A stretch of DNA of 63,873 nt, the filler included, from Octopus bimaculoides (lineage: Eukaryota): assembly GCF_001194135.2 (NCBI RefSeq). It is 7 parts of 5 records of this genome, joined end to end, with 100 filler letters (N's around TTAATTAATTAA, not from the genome) between each part and the next. Parts side by side here need not be neighbours in the genome. Positions count along the whole stretch, not along the records: positions 1 to 6,178 come from NC_068986.1; positions 6,279 to 20,909 come from NC_069000.1; 5 more parts are not named here. One strand, given 5' to 3'. Shown piece after piece: positions 1 to 10,664 of the stretch (positions are counted from its first letter, which is position 1; every line of letters begins with the position of its first letter). The notes under the pieces were generated by a model, which saw only the letters and a list, made by a program, of their open reading frames with translations, was not told where the DNA came from and searched no databases. The position numbers and the translations under genes are program-made.

Positions 1-92
1 GCCCGAGGCTATAGTAAAAGACACTTGCCCAAGGTGCCACGCAGTGGGACTGAACCCGAGACCATGTGGCTGGTAAGCAAGCTGCTTACCAC
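1..92 (-). mobile_element. SINE family A partial copy
   Basis: Reverse complement matches the head of 57492-57600. Confidence 0.8.
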
Positions 93-229
93 ATATATAT
101 ATATATCCATATTATTTATATCATTAGATGATTGAACGCCACGCATCCTCTTCCAAGTAAGGACATTCATACATGCATGCATATATATATATATATAAAA
201 ATATACTCTCTTTCATTTTCTACATTCAA

Positions 230-450
230 GTCAGCGCTAGAAGGAAAACGACCATCTTTGGTTTCAAGATGAAAGGTGTTCTTTTATCAGGATAATCTCA
301 GCGATATACAAGGGGAATGACATTACAAATGCTTGAGCAGTTTGAAGGGGAAATGATGCGTAATGTCTTCCACAGAAACATGGCATAGCCTACACATGCG
401 TTTGCATCTTGGGATTACAAGAGCGTCACTGTCTCTCGTGTTCTCCAGGC
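230..450 (-). mobile_element. R4/Dong-type LINE CCHC fragment
   Basis: ORF 323-523 contains CRLCHVSVEDITH, similar to the knuckle at 29620-29670. Confidence 0.5.
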
Positions 451-455
451 ACTTT

Positions 456-835
456 GTATGTATGTATGTATGTATGTATGTATGTATGTATGTATGTATG
501 TATACATGTATGTATGTATGCATGTATGTACGTATTTATGTTTGTATGTACATATATGAAATGCATGTATGCATCAGTTCATTTCTCATTCTAATCGTAG
601 TTGGGTGCCTGATGAAATGGACAGCTTTTGTATGACGTATGACGTGACGCACGAATTATAAGTAAAATATCTTGTTATAGAAACATATGTAGCAAGGATC
701 TAAATGTAATTGTCCATTCGTCCGCCTTTATTACCCCCCCCCCCACAATTGTATGTATATACCAAGTGTCAAGACATTTAAAGCCGTAAATGCTAAGAAA
801 TCAATCTGGCTGAGATTACAGGTTTATAGTATGTA

Positions 836-881
<46 letters not shown>

Positions 882-978
882 TACACATTTATATATGTGT
901 GTACGTTTATGTATATGTATGTATGCATGTATCTCTCTCTTTCTCTCTCTTTGTCTCTCTGTCGCTCTCTATTATACA

Positions 979-1044
<66 letters not shown>

Positions 1045-1065
1045 TGTGTGTGTGTATGTGTATTA
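456..1065. repeat. Compound microsatellites (TATG)n, (TG)n, (TA)n, (CT)n
   Basis: Directly visible; representative of dozens of such tracts in the window. Confidence 0.95.
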
Positions 1066-2882
1066 CATGATAGCTGTGATAAAATATATTAAACACTAAC
1101 ACATTGTCATGCAATTATAGTGATGATGTTGTATGTGTATGCATGTATATGAGTGTGTGCATATGTGAAACTGGGTGTCTGTTTATGTGTGTGTGTGAGT
1201 GGGTGTGGATGCATGTGCACAGATGGTGCAGCTAGCTGCACTGTCAGAGCACATGACATTTCGTAAAGCAGTTGACCTACAGTGAAATTTATCAATGACA
1301 TGATTCATTACAGTAATGCCATCAACAACCATACCAAAAACGTAGTTCGGACTGACCAATACCACATGACTATCAAGTCTGGCAATCTGGTTTCGCTTCC
1401 GGTTTGTAACGATTGTACTCCTCGAATGACGTTGATGCCCTTGAAAAAGCATGCATATCACAAGTGCCTCTTAAATCTCTGCCCTACAGGACTTAGACTC
1501 GTTGTCTACACTGGGGAAAGCAATGACAAGTCCTGACAATAACCAATTTCTCTCTCTATATATAATATCTCCGTGGGCTTTTCCTTCCACGGCTAAACCT
1601 AAACTGTCCTCCCCTCTTTTTACACGAGAACATTACTGTGTGATACACGATCCCTATTGATCGGCCTTTCCTTTTCTCTTTTTTTTTCGATCCCTTTTGA
1701 TCGAACTGCTCCTTTTTCCCTTCCTACGATCCCTTTTGATCGACACCACCNNNNNNNNNNNNNNNNNNNNNNNNNNNNNNNNNNNNNNNNNNNNNNNNNN
1801 NNNNNNNNNNNNNNNNNNNNNNNNNNNNNNNNNNNNNNNNNNNNNNNNNNNNNNNNNNNNNNNNNNNNNNNNNNNNNNNNNNNNNNNNNNNNNNNNNNNN
1901 NNNNNNNNNNNNNNNNNNNNNNNNNNNNNNNNNNNNNNNNNNNNNNNNNNNNNNNNNNNNNNNNNNNNNNNNNNNNNNNNNNNNNNNNNNNNNNNNNNNN
2001 NNNNNNNNNNNNNNNNNNNNNNNNNNNNNNNNNNNNNNNNNNNNNNNNNNNNNNNNNNNNNNNNNNNNNNNNNNNNNNNNNNNNNNNNNNNNNNNNNNNN
2101 NNNNNNNNNNNNNNNNNNNNNNNNNNNNNNNNNNNNNNNNNNNNNNNNNNNNNNNNNNNNNNNNNNNNNNNNNNNNNNNNNNNNNNNNNNNNNNNNNNNN
2201 NNNNNNNNNNNNNNNNNNNNNNNNNNNNNNNNNNNNNNNNNNNNNNNNNNNNNNNNNNNNNNNNNNNNNNNNNNNNNNNNNNNNNNNNNNNNNNNNNNNN
2301 NNNNNNNNNNNNNNNNNNNNNNNNNNNNNNNNNNNNNNNNNNNNNNNNNNNNNNNNNNNNNNNNNNNNNNNNNNNNNNNNNNNNNNNNNNNNNNNNNNNN
2401 NNNNNNNNNNNNNNNNNNNNNNNNNNNNNNNNNNNNNNNNNNNNNNNNNNNNNNNNNNNNNNNNNNNNNNNNNNNNNNNNNNNNNNNNNNNNNNNNNNNN
2501 NNNNNNNNNNNNNNNNNNNNNNNNNNNNNNNNNNNNNNNNNNNNNNNNNNNNNNNNNNNNNNNNNNNNNNNNNNNNNNNNNNNNNNNNNNNNNNNNNNNN
2601 NNNNNNNNNNNNNNNNNNNNNNNNNNNNNTATATATATATAATATAAATGTATGCATATATCCATACATATATGTACATACCTACATCTATATGTATACA
2701 TACATGCATATATGGCTACAGGACATCACAAAAAAAAAAACCTTAAACACAATGAGAAACGAAAACAGAAAACGGACTTTTTTTCGAACAATGAAAAAAA
2801 CCCAGAGAAACGAGATATGCAACATAAAGAACATTTCCCTTCATCAGTTGTCCCTGTCCATCTACTCCGCGTTTCGAGGGCA

Positions 2883-2927
<45 letters not shown>

Positions 2928-3093
2928 GGAAATAGTGGCACAACACGGTACCAATTTTTGCTGGAAATAGCAGTCGATAGCCGTTCCTCGCTAGGTAAAG
3001 CTTCACTGAATGTATAGAGGTAAAGATATGTGCGAGCGGCGAACACAAAAAATTTTCGTCTTACCTCTAGGAAAAACACCAGAGAAATGGACA

Positions 3094-3167
3094 ACCTAGT
3101 ACTCTAGTTTCGAACTTTTCAGAATATGTTTGTTATCGAAAAACTGATTGTTCTTCGTCGGCTAGGT
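3094..3167 (-). ncRNA. Type I hammerhead motif, U4C core variant
   Basis: ACCTAG-CCGACGA-A-GAAC-(loop)-GTTC-GAAAC-TAGA-GTA-CTAGGT; same repeat family as 25525-25895. Confidence 0.7.
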
Positions 3168-3444
3168 CTACCGAAATGACTAAATTTAAAGTATCCGCTA
3201 CATCAATGCCTGTATACTCGGTCAATAGCCCCAGCAATAAACAGAATCGAGATCAGTGAAAAAATTTTATATAAAAATTATAAATATTATTACAATACAA
3301 TATTATTACATACATACATTATGTATGTATGTATTATTTTCCAGCAAAATAAAGCTCCGTAAAGGTTCTGTTTGTGACAGGGGCTGTTGGCTGATTATAA
3401 CAGGCATTGATGTAGCAGATATTTTAAATTCAGTCTTTTCGGTA

Positions 3445-3518
3445 GAGTAGCCAACGAAGACCAATCAGTTTTACGACAACAAACATATTCTGAAAAGTCC
3501 GAAACTCGAGTATATGGG
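3445..3518 (+). ncRNA. Decayed hammerhead motif (inverted partner of 3094-3167)
   Basis: CCAACGA-A-GAC-(loop)-GTC-C-GAAAC-TCGA-GTA; helix I is mismatched. Confidence 0.5.
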
Positions 3519-3770
3519 TGTCCATTTCTCTGGCGTTCTTCCTAGAGGTAAGACGAAAAATGTTTATGTTCGCCGCCCGCACACATCTTTGCCTCTATGC
3601 ATTCAGTGAAGCTTTACCTAGCGTCGAACGGTTATCGACTGCTATTTCCAGCAAAAATTGGTACCTTGTTGCGTCAATATTTCCTATTTATAATTCTACC
3701 TATATGGTGCTTTATTTCGTTGGAAAATAATATTATTGTATTGTAATAATATTTATAATCTTTATAGATC

Positions 3771-3915
3771 CAGGAGTGGCTGTGTGGTAAGAAGCTTGGT
3801 TCCGGGTTTAGTCCCACTAGATGGCACCTAGGGCAAGTGTCTCCTACTATAGCCTCGGGTTGACCAAATCCTTATGAGTGAATTTGGTAGACGGAAACTA
3901 AAAGAACCCCGTCGT
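3771..3915 (+). mobile_element. SINE family A copy
   Basis: Aligns with 57492-57656 and has a short internal deletion. Confidence 0.8.
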
Positions 3916-4066
3916 GTATATATATATATATATTATTAATAAATCTGAGGGTAGCAAAAAAATTTCAGAAATTTTATTTTGCTACCAGTGGTCTAGCGAG
4001 GAGAAAAAAATTAGTCAATAGACTATATATTATACATTTAAAATACAGTGTACATTTAAACACATC

Positions 4067-4273
4067 AGAGATGTCCATAATAGGACATCTAACCCGCTAG
4101 AAGGAGCAGTCAAAACTCCACACCACAATTAGAGATAATTTCGAAAGGGAATGAAAAATAAAAGGATGGTAAATGTTTTTATTTTTCATTCCCTTTCGAA
4201 ATTATCCCTAATTGTGGTGTGGAGTTTTGACTGCTCCTTCTAGCGGGTTAGATGTCCTATTATGGACATCTCT
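4067..4273. repeat. Foldback/MITE-like element with 97-bp inverted arms
   Basis: 4067-4163 versus 4177-4273 show one mismatch and a 13-nt loop; the right arm ends at a gap. Confidence 0.8.
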
Positions 4274-4747
4274 NNNNNNNNNNNNNNNNNNNNNNNNNNN
4301 NNNNNNNNNNNNNNNNNNNNNNNNNNNNNNNNNNNNNNNNNNNNNNNNNNNNNNNNNNNNNNNNNNNNNNNNNNNNNNNNNNNNNNNNNNNNNNNNNNNN
4401 NNNNNNNNNNNNNNNNNNNNNNNNNNNNNNNNNNNNNNNNNNNNNNNNNNNNNNNNNNNNNNNNNNNNNNNNNNNNNNNNNNNNNNNNNNNNNNNNNNNN
4501 NNNNNNNNNNNNNNNNNNNNNNNNNNNNNNNNNNNNNNNNNNNNNNNNNNNNNNNNNNNNNNNNNNNNNNNNNNNNNNNNNNNNNNNNNNNNNNNNNNNN
4601 NNNNNNNNNNNNNNNNNNNNNNNNNNNNNNNNNNNNNNNNNNNNNNNNNNNNNNNNNNNNNNNNNNNNNNNNNNNNNNNNNNNNNNNNNNNNNNNNNNNN
4701 NNNNNNNNNNNNNNNNNNNNNNNNNNNNNNNNNNNNNNNNNNNNNNN

Positions 4748-4787
<40 letters not shown>

Positions 4788-4842
4788 CTAAATCTCTAAA
4801 ATGTCTCAGCTTGAAAGCTGTTGTCATGCTGGTGCACCACTG

Positions 4843-4879
<37 letters not shown>

Positions 4880-5514
4880 TATTTATATTTATATTTATGC
4901 ATATTGTAAATATATTGTAAATATAATTATAAGTTTTCACTATATTGACTATCAATATATACAAGTTTGTGTGTATGTATATATCTATGTCTGCATGTAT
5001 GTATGCATGTATGTATTTTTGGTCACCAAAACATAAAAGAATCAATTTCAGGTAACATATTTCTAAAACATCCGACAAAGCATTTTCTGTGATCACAATC
5101 GAGCTGTGTTAAGAGAGTTATGAAATGGGAATAATAAATAATACTTGAAAACTGATGTTACTTTTCACTTTGTCTTGTGTACACTAGTAAGTGCTTGTAT
5201 AATTACGGTAATGTACAGTGCGACAATTTTTATTATACAAAACTTGTAATCCTTTACAAAACTGTTTAATGTTTACACCGTTTTATATTTCTGCGACAAG
5301 TAATCACTAATATCGTCTGTTCGTAAAAGAATTCGATCCATACTACAATCTCGACATTTTTGAGCTGACGATGATAAAATCGATGCTGAAGATAACGAAA
5401 TTGAAGATAACGATGACGAATTTGAGGGTAACGCTAACGTGACTGGGGTCGTTAACGATGAATTTGAGGAGAAAACCGTGTGTATATGCGTGTGAGCGTT
5501 TATTTGTATATGTG

Positions 5515-5552
<38 letters not shown>

Positions 5553-5574
5553 TACACACATATACATACATACA

Positions 5575-5612
<38 letters not shown>

Positions 5613-6278
5613 CGCGCATGCATGTCTGTAGTACTTTGGACCCAACTGACCTGAAGACTCGCATGTATACAGCTATTGTTGGATCATATTACTGCAATAA
5701 TGTGTATAATATATGTAATATTCAGCAATTAACAGCTAATAATGACGCGCCGAAACAATTGTAGCGATTTGTCATGAAGCCGGTTCATTGCATCTTTTCG
5801 TAATAAAATTCTTTTATACATGTATATGCATAAATTTTATTTAATTTGCTTTGCGGGAAGAGCTATTCTAACAACGCGTCCTGCCCTAACACTTCGAAAC
5901 GCTTAGTTTAGAATAAGGGCAGCTGATGAAGGAAATGTTCTCTATGTGGCCTGTCTGTTTTCCTGTCTGTTCCTACCGTTGTTCGAAAACAAGTTTGTTT
6001 TCCGTGCTTTGTTTATGTTCTTGGTTTTCATTTTGTCCACGTTTTTTTGTGACGTCCTGTACCCAGATATGCATCTATATATACATGTAGATGTAGGTAT
6101 GTACATACATGTACGTATATATGCATATACATATTATTTGTATTGTATATATATGTATATATATATATATATATATATNNNNNNNNNNNNNNNNNNNNNN
6201 NNNNNNNNNNNNNNNNNNNNNNTTAATTAATTAANNNNNNNNNNNNNNNNNNNNNNNNNNNNNNNNNNNNNNNNNNNN

Positions 6279-6630
6279 TTCTCCTGCAGCTGTCTCACTA
6301 GAAATATGGCATCAGTGGTGCTTTTACCTGGCACGAACCCAAACTGCATCTCATCTAAATTGATTCGCTCCCTAATTAGTTGGGCTATGACCCTCTCCGT
6401 AACTTTCATAACCTGATCTAACAGCTTGATGCCTCTGTAATTATTTGTATCTAAAGCGTCACCTTTACCCTTGTAGCAGTTGACTATGGTGCTGCTACAC
6501 CAGTCATTGGGTATGATTCCTTCGTGTATCACCTGGTTCGTAATACGGGTGACTAGGCTGTAGCCAACACTGCCAGATATTTTGAGCATCTCTGCAGTGA
6601 TTCCTGATGGGCCGAGGGCTTTCCCAATAT
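6279..6630 (-). mobile_element. RTE LINE RT fragment (same family as 10665-14036)
   Basis: ORF 6227-6589 (NCYKGKGDALDTNNYRGIKLLDQVMKV...QFGFVPGKSTTDAIFLVRQLQE) is near-identical to the peptide at 12094-12310 and is truncated by a gap. Confidence 0.93.
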
Positions 6631-7689
6631 TTGATATACGTAATTAATCAATCAGTTACTAAAGCAGAAGTCAGTTAAAAGGTCTTATTTATCTATCGCT
6701 TCACCACAAAATTTGTACTCGTGCCGTTGTTATGTAAGATAACTCTGCGTAATTGAATCTTTATATGATCAGCAAATCATAGCAAGAGTTGCCTCCCTTT
6801 AGCTATATTTTAATTATTTCATAGTCCACATATTTAATATAAGGAACACTAAAATGGCAGAAATAAATTGCATATATTTTTAATGCAGTCTTTGTCTCTG
6901 AATTATTTTTAGACAGTGCAGTCAATAAGGTTTCGAAATCTCCTTACTTCAACGAATTGCTAATGTCACGAAAGGGACAAAAAACAACAGTAAGTATATT
7001 AATGCACGAATCTTCTAGAATGTATAGAGAATGAATAGACACATTATTGCTTGGATTCTCGCTGTTCAGCAGGTTTTGCATGTTTCTCATAGTTGCCACA
7101 CACACACACACACACACACACGTCTATGAATTTGTGTTGCCAGATTCCTGATGTGAAACCATGTGTTGAAACAGATATTATATTTTGGGATGGTCATTTT
7201 TTGGCGAGGGTAGGATTAATATCTCGAAATATAACAATATATATATATATATATATAACGAAACCGCAATAGAGGACAATAAAACATCGGGACAGACAGA
7301 CAATACAAAGGCAGACAGGAAAAAAAAAGGATGGGTCATTCGTAGCCTTCTTTCGTTAGTCAAGTTACCAGATGTCCTTAGAGTTTTGGGCAGTTACACT
7401 TGAGACTGTTCGATTTGGTTGCCCATATGAGGGGTGGTGAAAAATTCCTAGCTTAGCTGGATCAGTTAATTATGATTTTATCCAGCTTATTTCCCTCTCA
7501 TATTTACACACTTATTGCCGCAGTCTTTCAGTTTTCCTAAGCTTTGTAAAAGAACTCAGAAGCTTGGGCCTCCAGCCAGGTCTTTTACAACATCCTTAAA
7601 GCTGGGAACTAGTTCCAGCTCTGGAGCTACAGCCATACTGGGGCACCACTGTTGGCTCTACTACACCTTCGCTATTTGAAACCTCATCT

Positions 7690-8326
7690 GATAAGTGGCA
7701 TTTGATGAACAAGGGGCCTTTATGCTGCTTCCTTCATTCTCTGTGATCCTTAACAGGAGGAGATCCAGTTTTGTTTTGAAGATTCCTACATCCACACCAT
7801 GCAGATCTCTTCTTAGAAGGATATTGAAGAGTTATGAGCCCTTGAAACCCAAGTTGTTGTAGTATCTGCTCCTGTATCTTGATGGCAATGTTAGGATCTT
7901 TGGCACTACACAGTGGCACTCCGTTTTACTGTTAGTGTAACTTTCAATGCCAAAGTTTGGTACAAGTCCTATGTATATCTTTCTTGCCTTCATTCTAGGT
8001 AGAAGAGTTTTAACTTTTTCAACCTTCCCCAGTGACATCTTTCATTGAGACGATTTTTTTGTGTAATTTTGCTAGATTTTTTCGAATTATGCTGTTAATT
8101 TTATACTGTGTGATGACCGTATTTGGGAGCAGTAGTCTAAGTGGCTGAGGACATATGTCCTTCAGAGAATCATCATGTTTCCAGTTCTGAAAGTTCAAAG
8201 GAACCAGCCAACCATCTGCATTTTATTGCCAAATTAGTAATATGCAGCTGGAAAGATGCCTCATTACTCATGTCAATGCCCAGGTCATGCACTGATTTTA
8301 ATTTAGAGATTGTAATCCCTCCAGGG

Positions 8327-8330
<4 letters not shown>
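7690..8330 (-). mobile_element. CR1/L2-superclade LINE, post-RT C-terminal fragment
   Basis: Peptides KSVHDLGIDMSNEASFQLHITNLAIKCR, SHLDYCSQ and CVVPKILTLPSRYRSRYYNNLGFKG...LFNILP...LHGVDVGIFKTKLD, with an internal deletion. Confidence 0.72.
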
Positions 8331-8373
<43 letters not shown>

Positions 8374-10664
8374 GCACGCACACACACACACACCAGTCCT
8401 TTGACTAATATGGTCTTTTATTTTTATCACAACATATTTATTTCTACTTAACATTTTAATAATGCTTCATATAGTAAATATGAAAAGCCTGAAATATAAA
8501 GGGGTCCGCAAGTCAAAAAGTTTGAAAACCCCTGTTTTACACCCATCACTGACCATCTATCACACATAATACAGGCTTCATCAAGATGTGATCATCTTCC
8601 CAACTGATTAGTATGGGGTCACACACCAACACACTCCAACCTCACTCTTCTTTTTCTACAACTTCCACAGAACCAACAAGAGTCACATCACATCCTATCT
8701 GATCCACCTGACTCAACATCATCTCACCCATATCATGTCCATTCCTAACTGGCACTCTATCTCTTACAACAAATGTTCCAGTTGATCCGATCAATTGAAC
8801 AACCTGCTCATGAAATTAATGTACAAGTGACTGAGCACTTCGCAAACACATGTACCCTTAACATAGTTCTCAGAAATGCAGTGTCTGGGAATCTTTTACC
8901 ATAGTAGAGAATTTTTACTCCGTGGTAACTGCAGTGAATTTGCCTTTAGAATTTGAAATATGTCACAAATATAAACTTAACCTAAAGTACACACACACAC
9001 ACACACACATATATATAAGTACATACACACACATTCACACAACTGGCTTCAGCACAGACTATCAAATTCACTCAGAAGGTATCTGTTGGCCCAAGACTAT
9101 AGCAGAATACATTTTCCCAAGATACATCACATTCTTACATGCTGTGAAAAGTGACTAAAAGGGTTGGTGACATGAGGAATATTTGGATTATAAAACTCTA
9201 CATCAGAAGGATAGTCCATGCCAATATGGAAAACTGGCTGTGTGTGTGTAAGAAATCTGAAAAAAAGGAACTCGTATATTTGTCAATACAGAGTGGATAT
9301 ATTTATACAATATTATAGATCTATTTCAATCAATTTTACTGATTGGTTTCCCAGATGAGTCAGGGGAGAATCTAAATGGTACTTGTCAGAAGGGCTTGTA
9401 AGAAAAGTGATGGGATGTCTTTCTGCTACTGAAAGGCAAGTAGTATTAAATCTGGTTTGGGAGCGTTGGGGGAAAAAACAGAATGAAAATCTTGCCTAAG
9501 TTCAAAAGAAAATTCATCAAGATTATGGCCCTTGCACAAAAGTCACTGTGCCTCCATGATGTAAGAGGCAACTGCCTGCAAAGTGGATATGTGGCTTGGA
9601 TGCAAGTGGTGGGGGTGCTGGGAGAGAGTATAAAGGAGGGGATGGAGTGGGTATCCTGTCTTAAAAATCATGTGAAGATATGTAAGTGATTATATATATA
9701 TATTTGTATGTAATAAGTTGGGAGTGGTAAACATTGTGCTGAACTCTCAGACTGTGGTGGTGGGAAGTACCGATGGTGGAAGCTCTAATGTTTATAATTA
9801 TGATGCAGTTCACCAGTATCAAATTACATATTTCCTTTCATGTGGGCATGATCAGAAAATTTCATTTTTGTAGTTTAGGTAGCCTAGTTAAGAATTCAAA
9901 TGCCCAATTCTATCTCATTATTATCATTAATATTTTCTCACACTGGCAGCCTGAGATTTTGCTGTTTCATGGTACCCAATTCTATCTCATTATTAAAATT
10001 ACTATTCTTTCACTCCAGCAGTGGCAATGTTAAACCCATTCATTCAATTATGTTACCCTAAATCCCAAAATTCCGTCTCCTCGTGTTCTGTCTTCAACCA
10101 ACCTAACTCTGGTCTCTCTCTCTCTCGCTCTCTCCTACTCCTCTCTCTGTTTCGTTAACCACTTGCTTCTCCCAACACTTTACCTCCTGTCCCCCACTCC
10201 ACCCCCACCCTATATAAACTAGCTCATTCAGATTCTCCTACCTCATATTTTAATACCTTGCCACATAGAGTAGAAACCAGAAGATGTTCAGATAAGTAAC
10301 CTTGTCTTCCAACCAAGCACACATCTAAAACCTCTTTTTCAGTGCAAATTATAATTACTTTATTATTTTATTTCATTATTCATCTATTTCATTATCTATG
10401 TAATCACAGTGTTGTCTTCCATACTGTATGCTTAGAGAAAAAAACTTAAGATCACTTTGCTCAATCCAACTCTCCCTCTTTCTCCCTCTCTTTCACACTC
10501 ATTTATTATTGTTATATATTCATTCAATTATCTAATTTTGTCACAGTTTGGCTAACTGAAAATTGTTGGTTATAGTTCTAGTTAAGAATTCAAATGCTCA
10601 ATTCTATCTCATTATTATCATTAATATTTTCTCACACCAGCAGCCTCAGTTTTTGCTGTTTTGT

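Larger units (their letters stand above)
2927..3767. repeat. Inverted pair of a hammerhead-carrying ~430-bp repeat unit
   Basis: Arms 2927-3248 and 3363-3694 are diverged reverse complements; spacer 3265-3360 recurs inverted at 3704-3767. Confidence 0.85.

Noticed and set aside
1486-1536. Hairpin CAGGACTT...AAGTCCTG as a pre-miRNA
   Set aside because: The stem is short with large bulges and there is no recognisable mature miRNA.
5290-5480. Acidic stretch ADDDKIDAEDNEIEDNDDEFE resembling a piggyBac N-terminus or an exon
   Set aside because: In-frame stop just upstream, no splice signals, TIR or downstream transposase; its CTGACGA/CTGAAGA are only Asp/Glu-rich codons.
6223-6234. TTAATTAATTAA as a biological motif (e.g. 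piggyBac TTAA or homeodomain site)
   Set aside because: It is always centred in exactly 44+44 N, so it is an assembly linker.
7145-7180. CTGATGTGA-AAC...GTT-GAAAC hammerhead-like string
   Set aside because: The core is interrupted and there is no NUH triplet or helix I.
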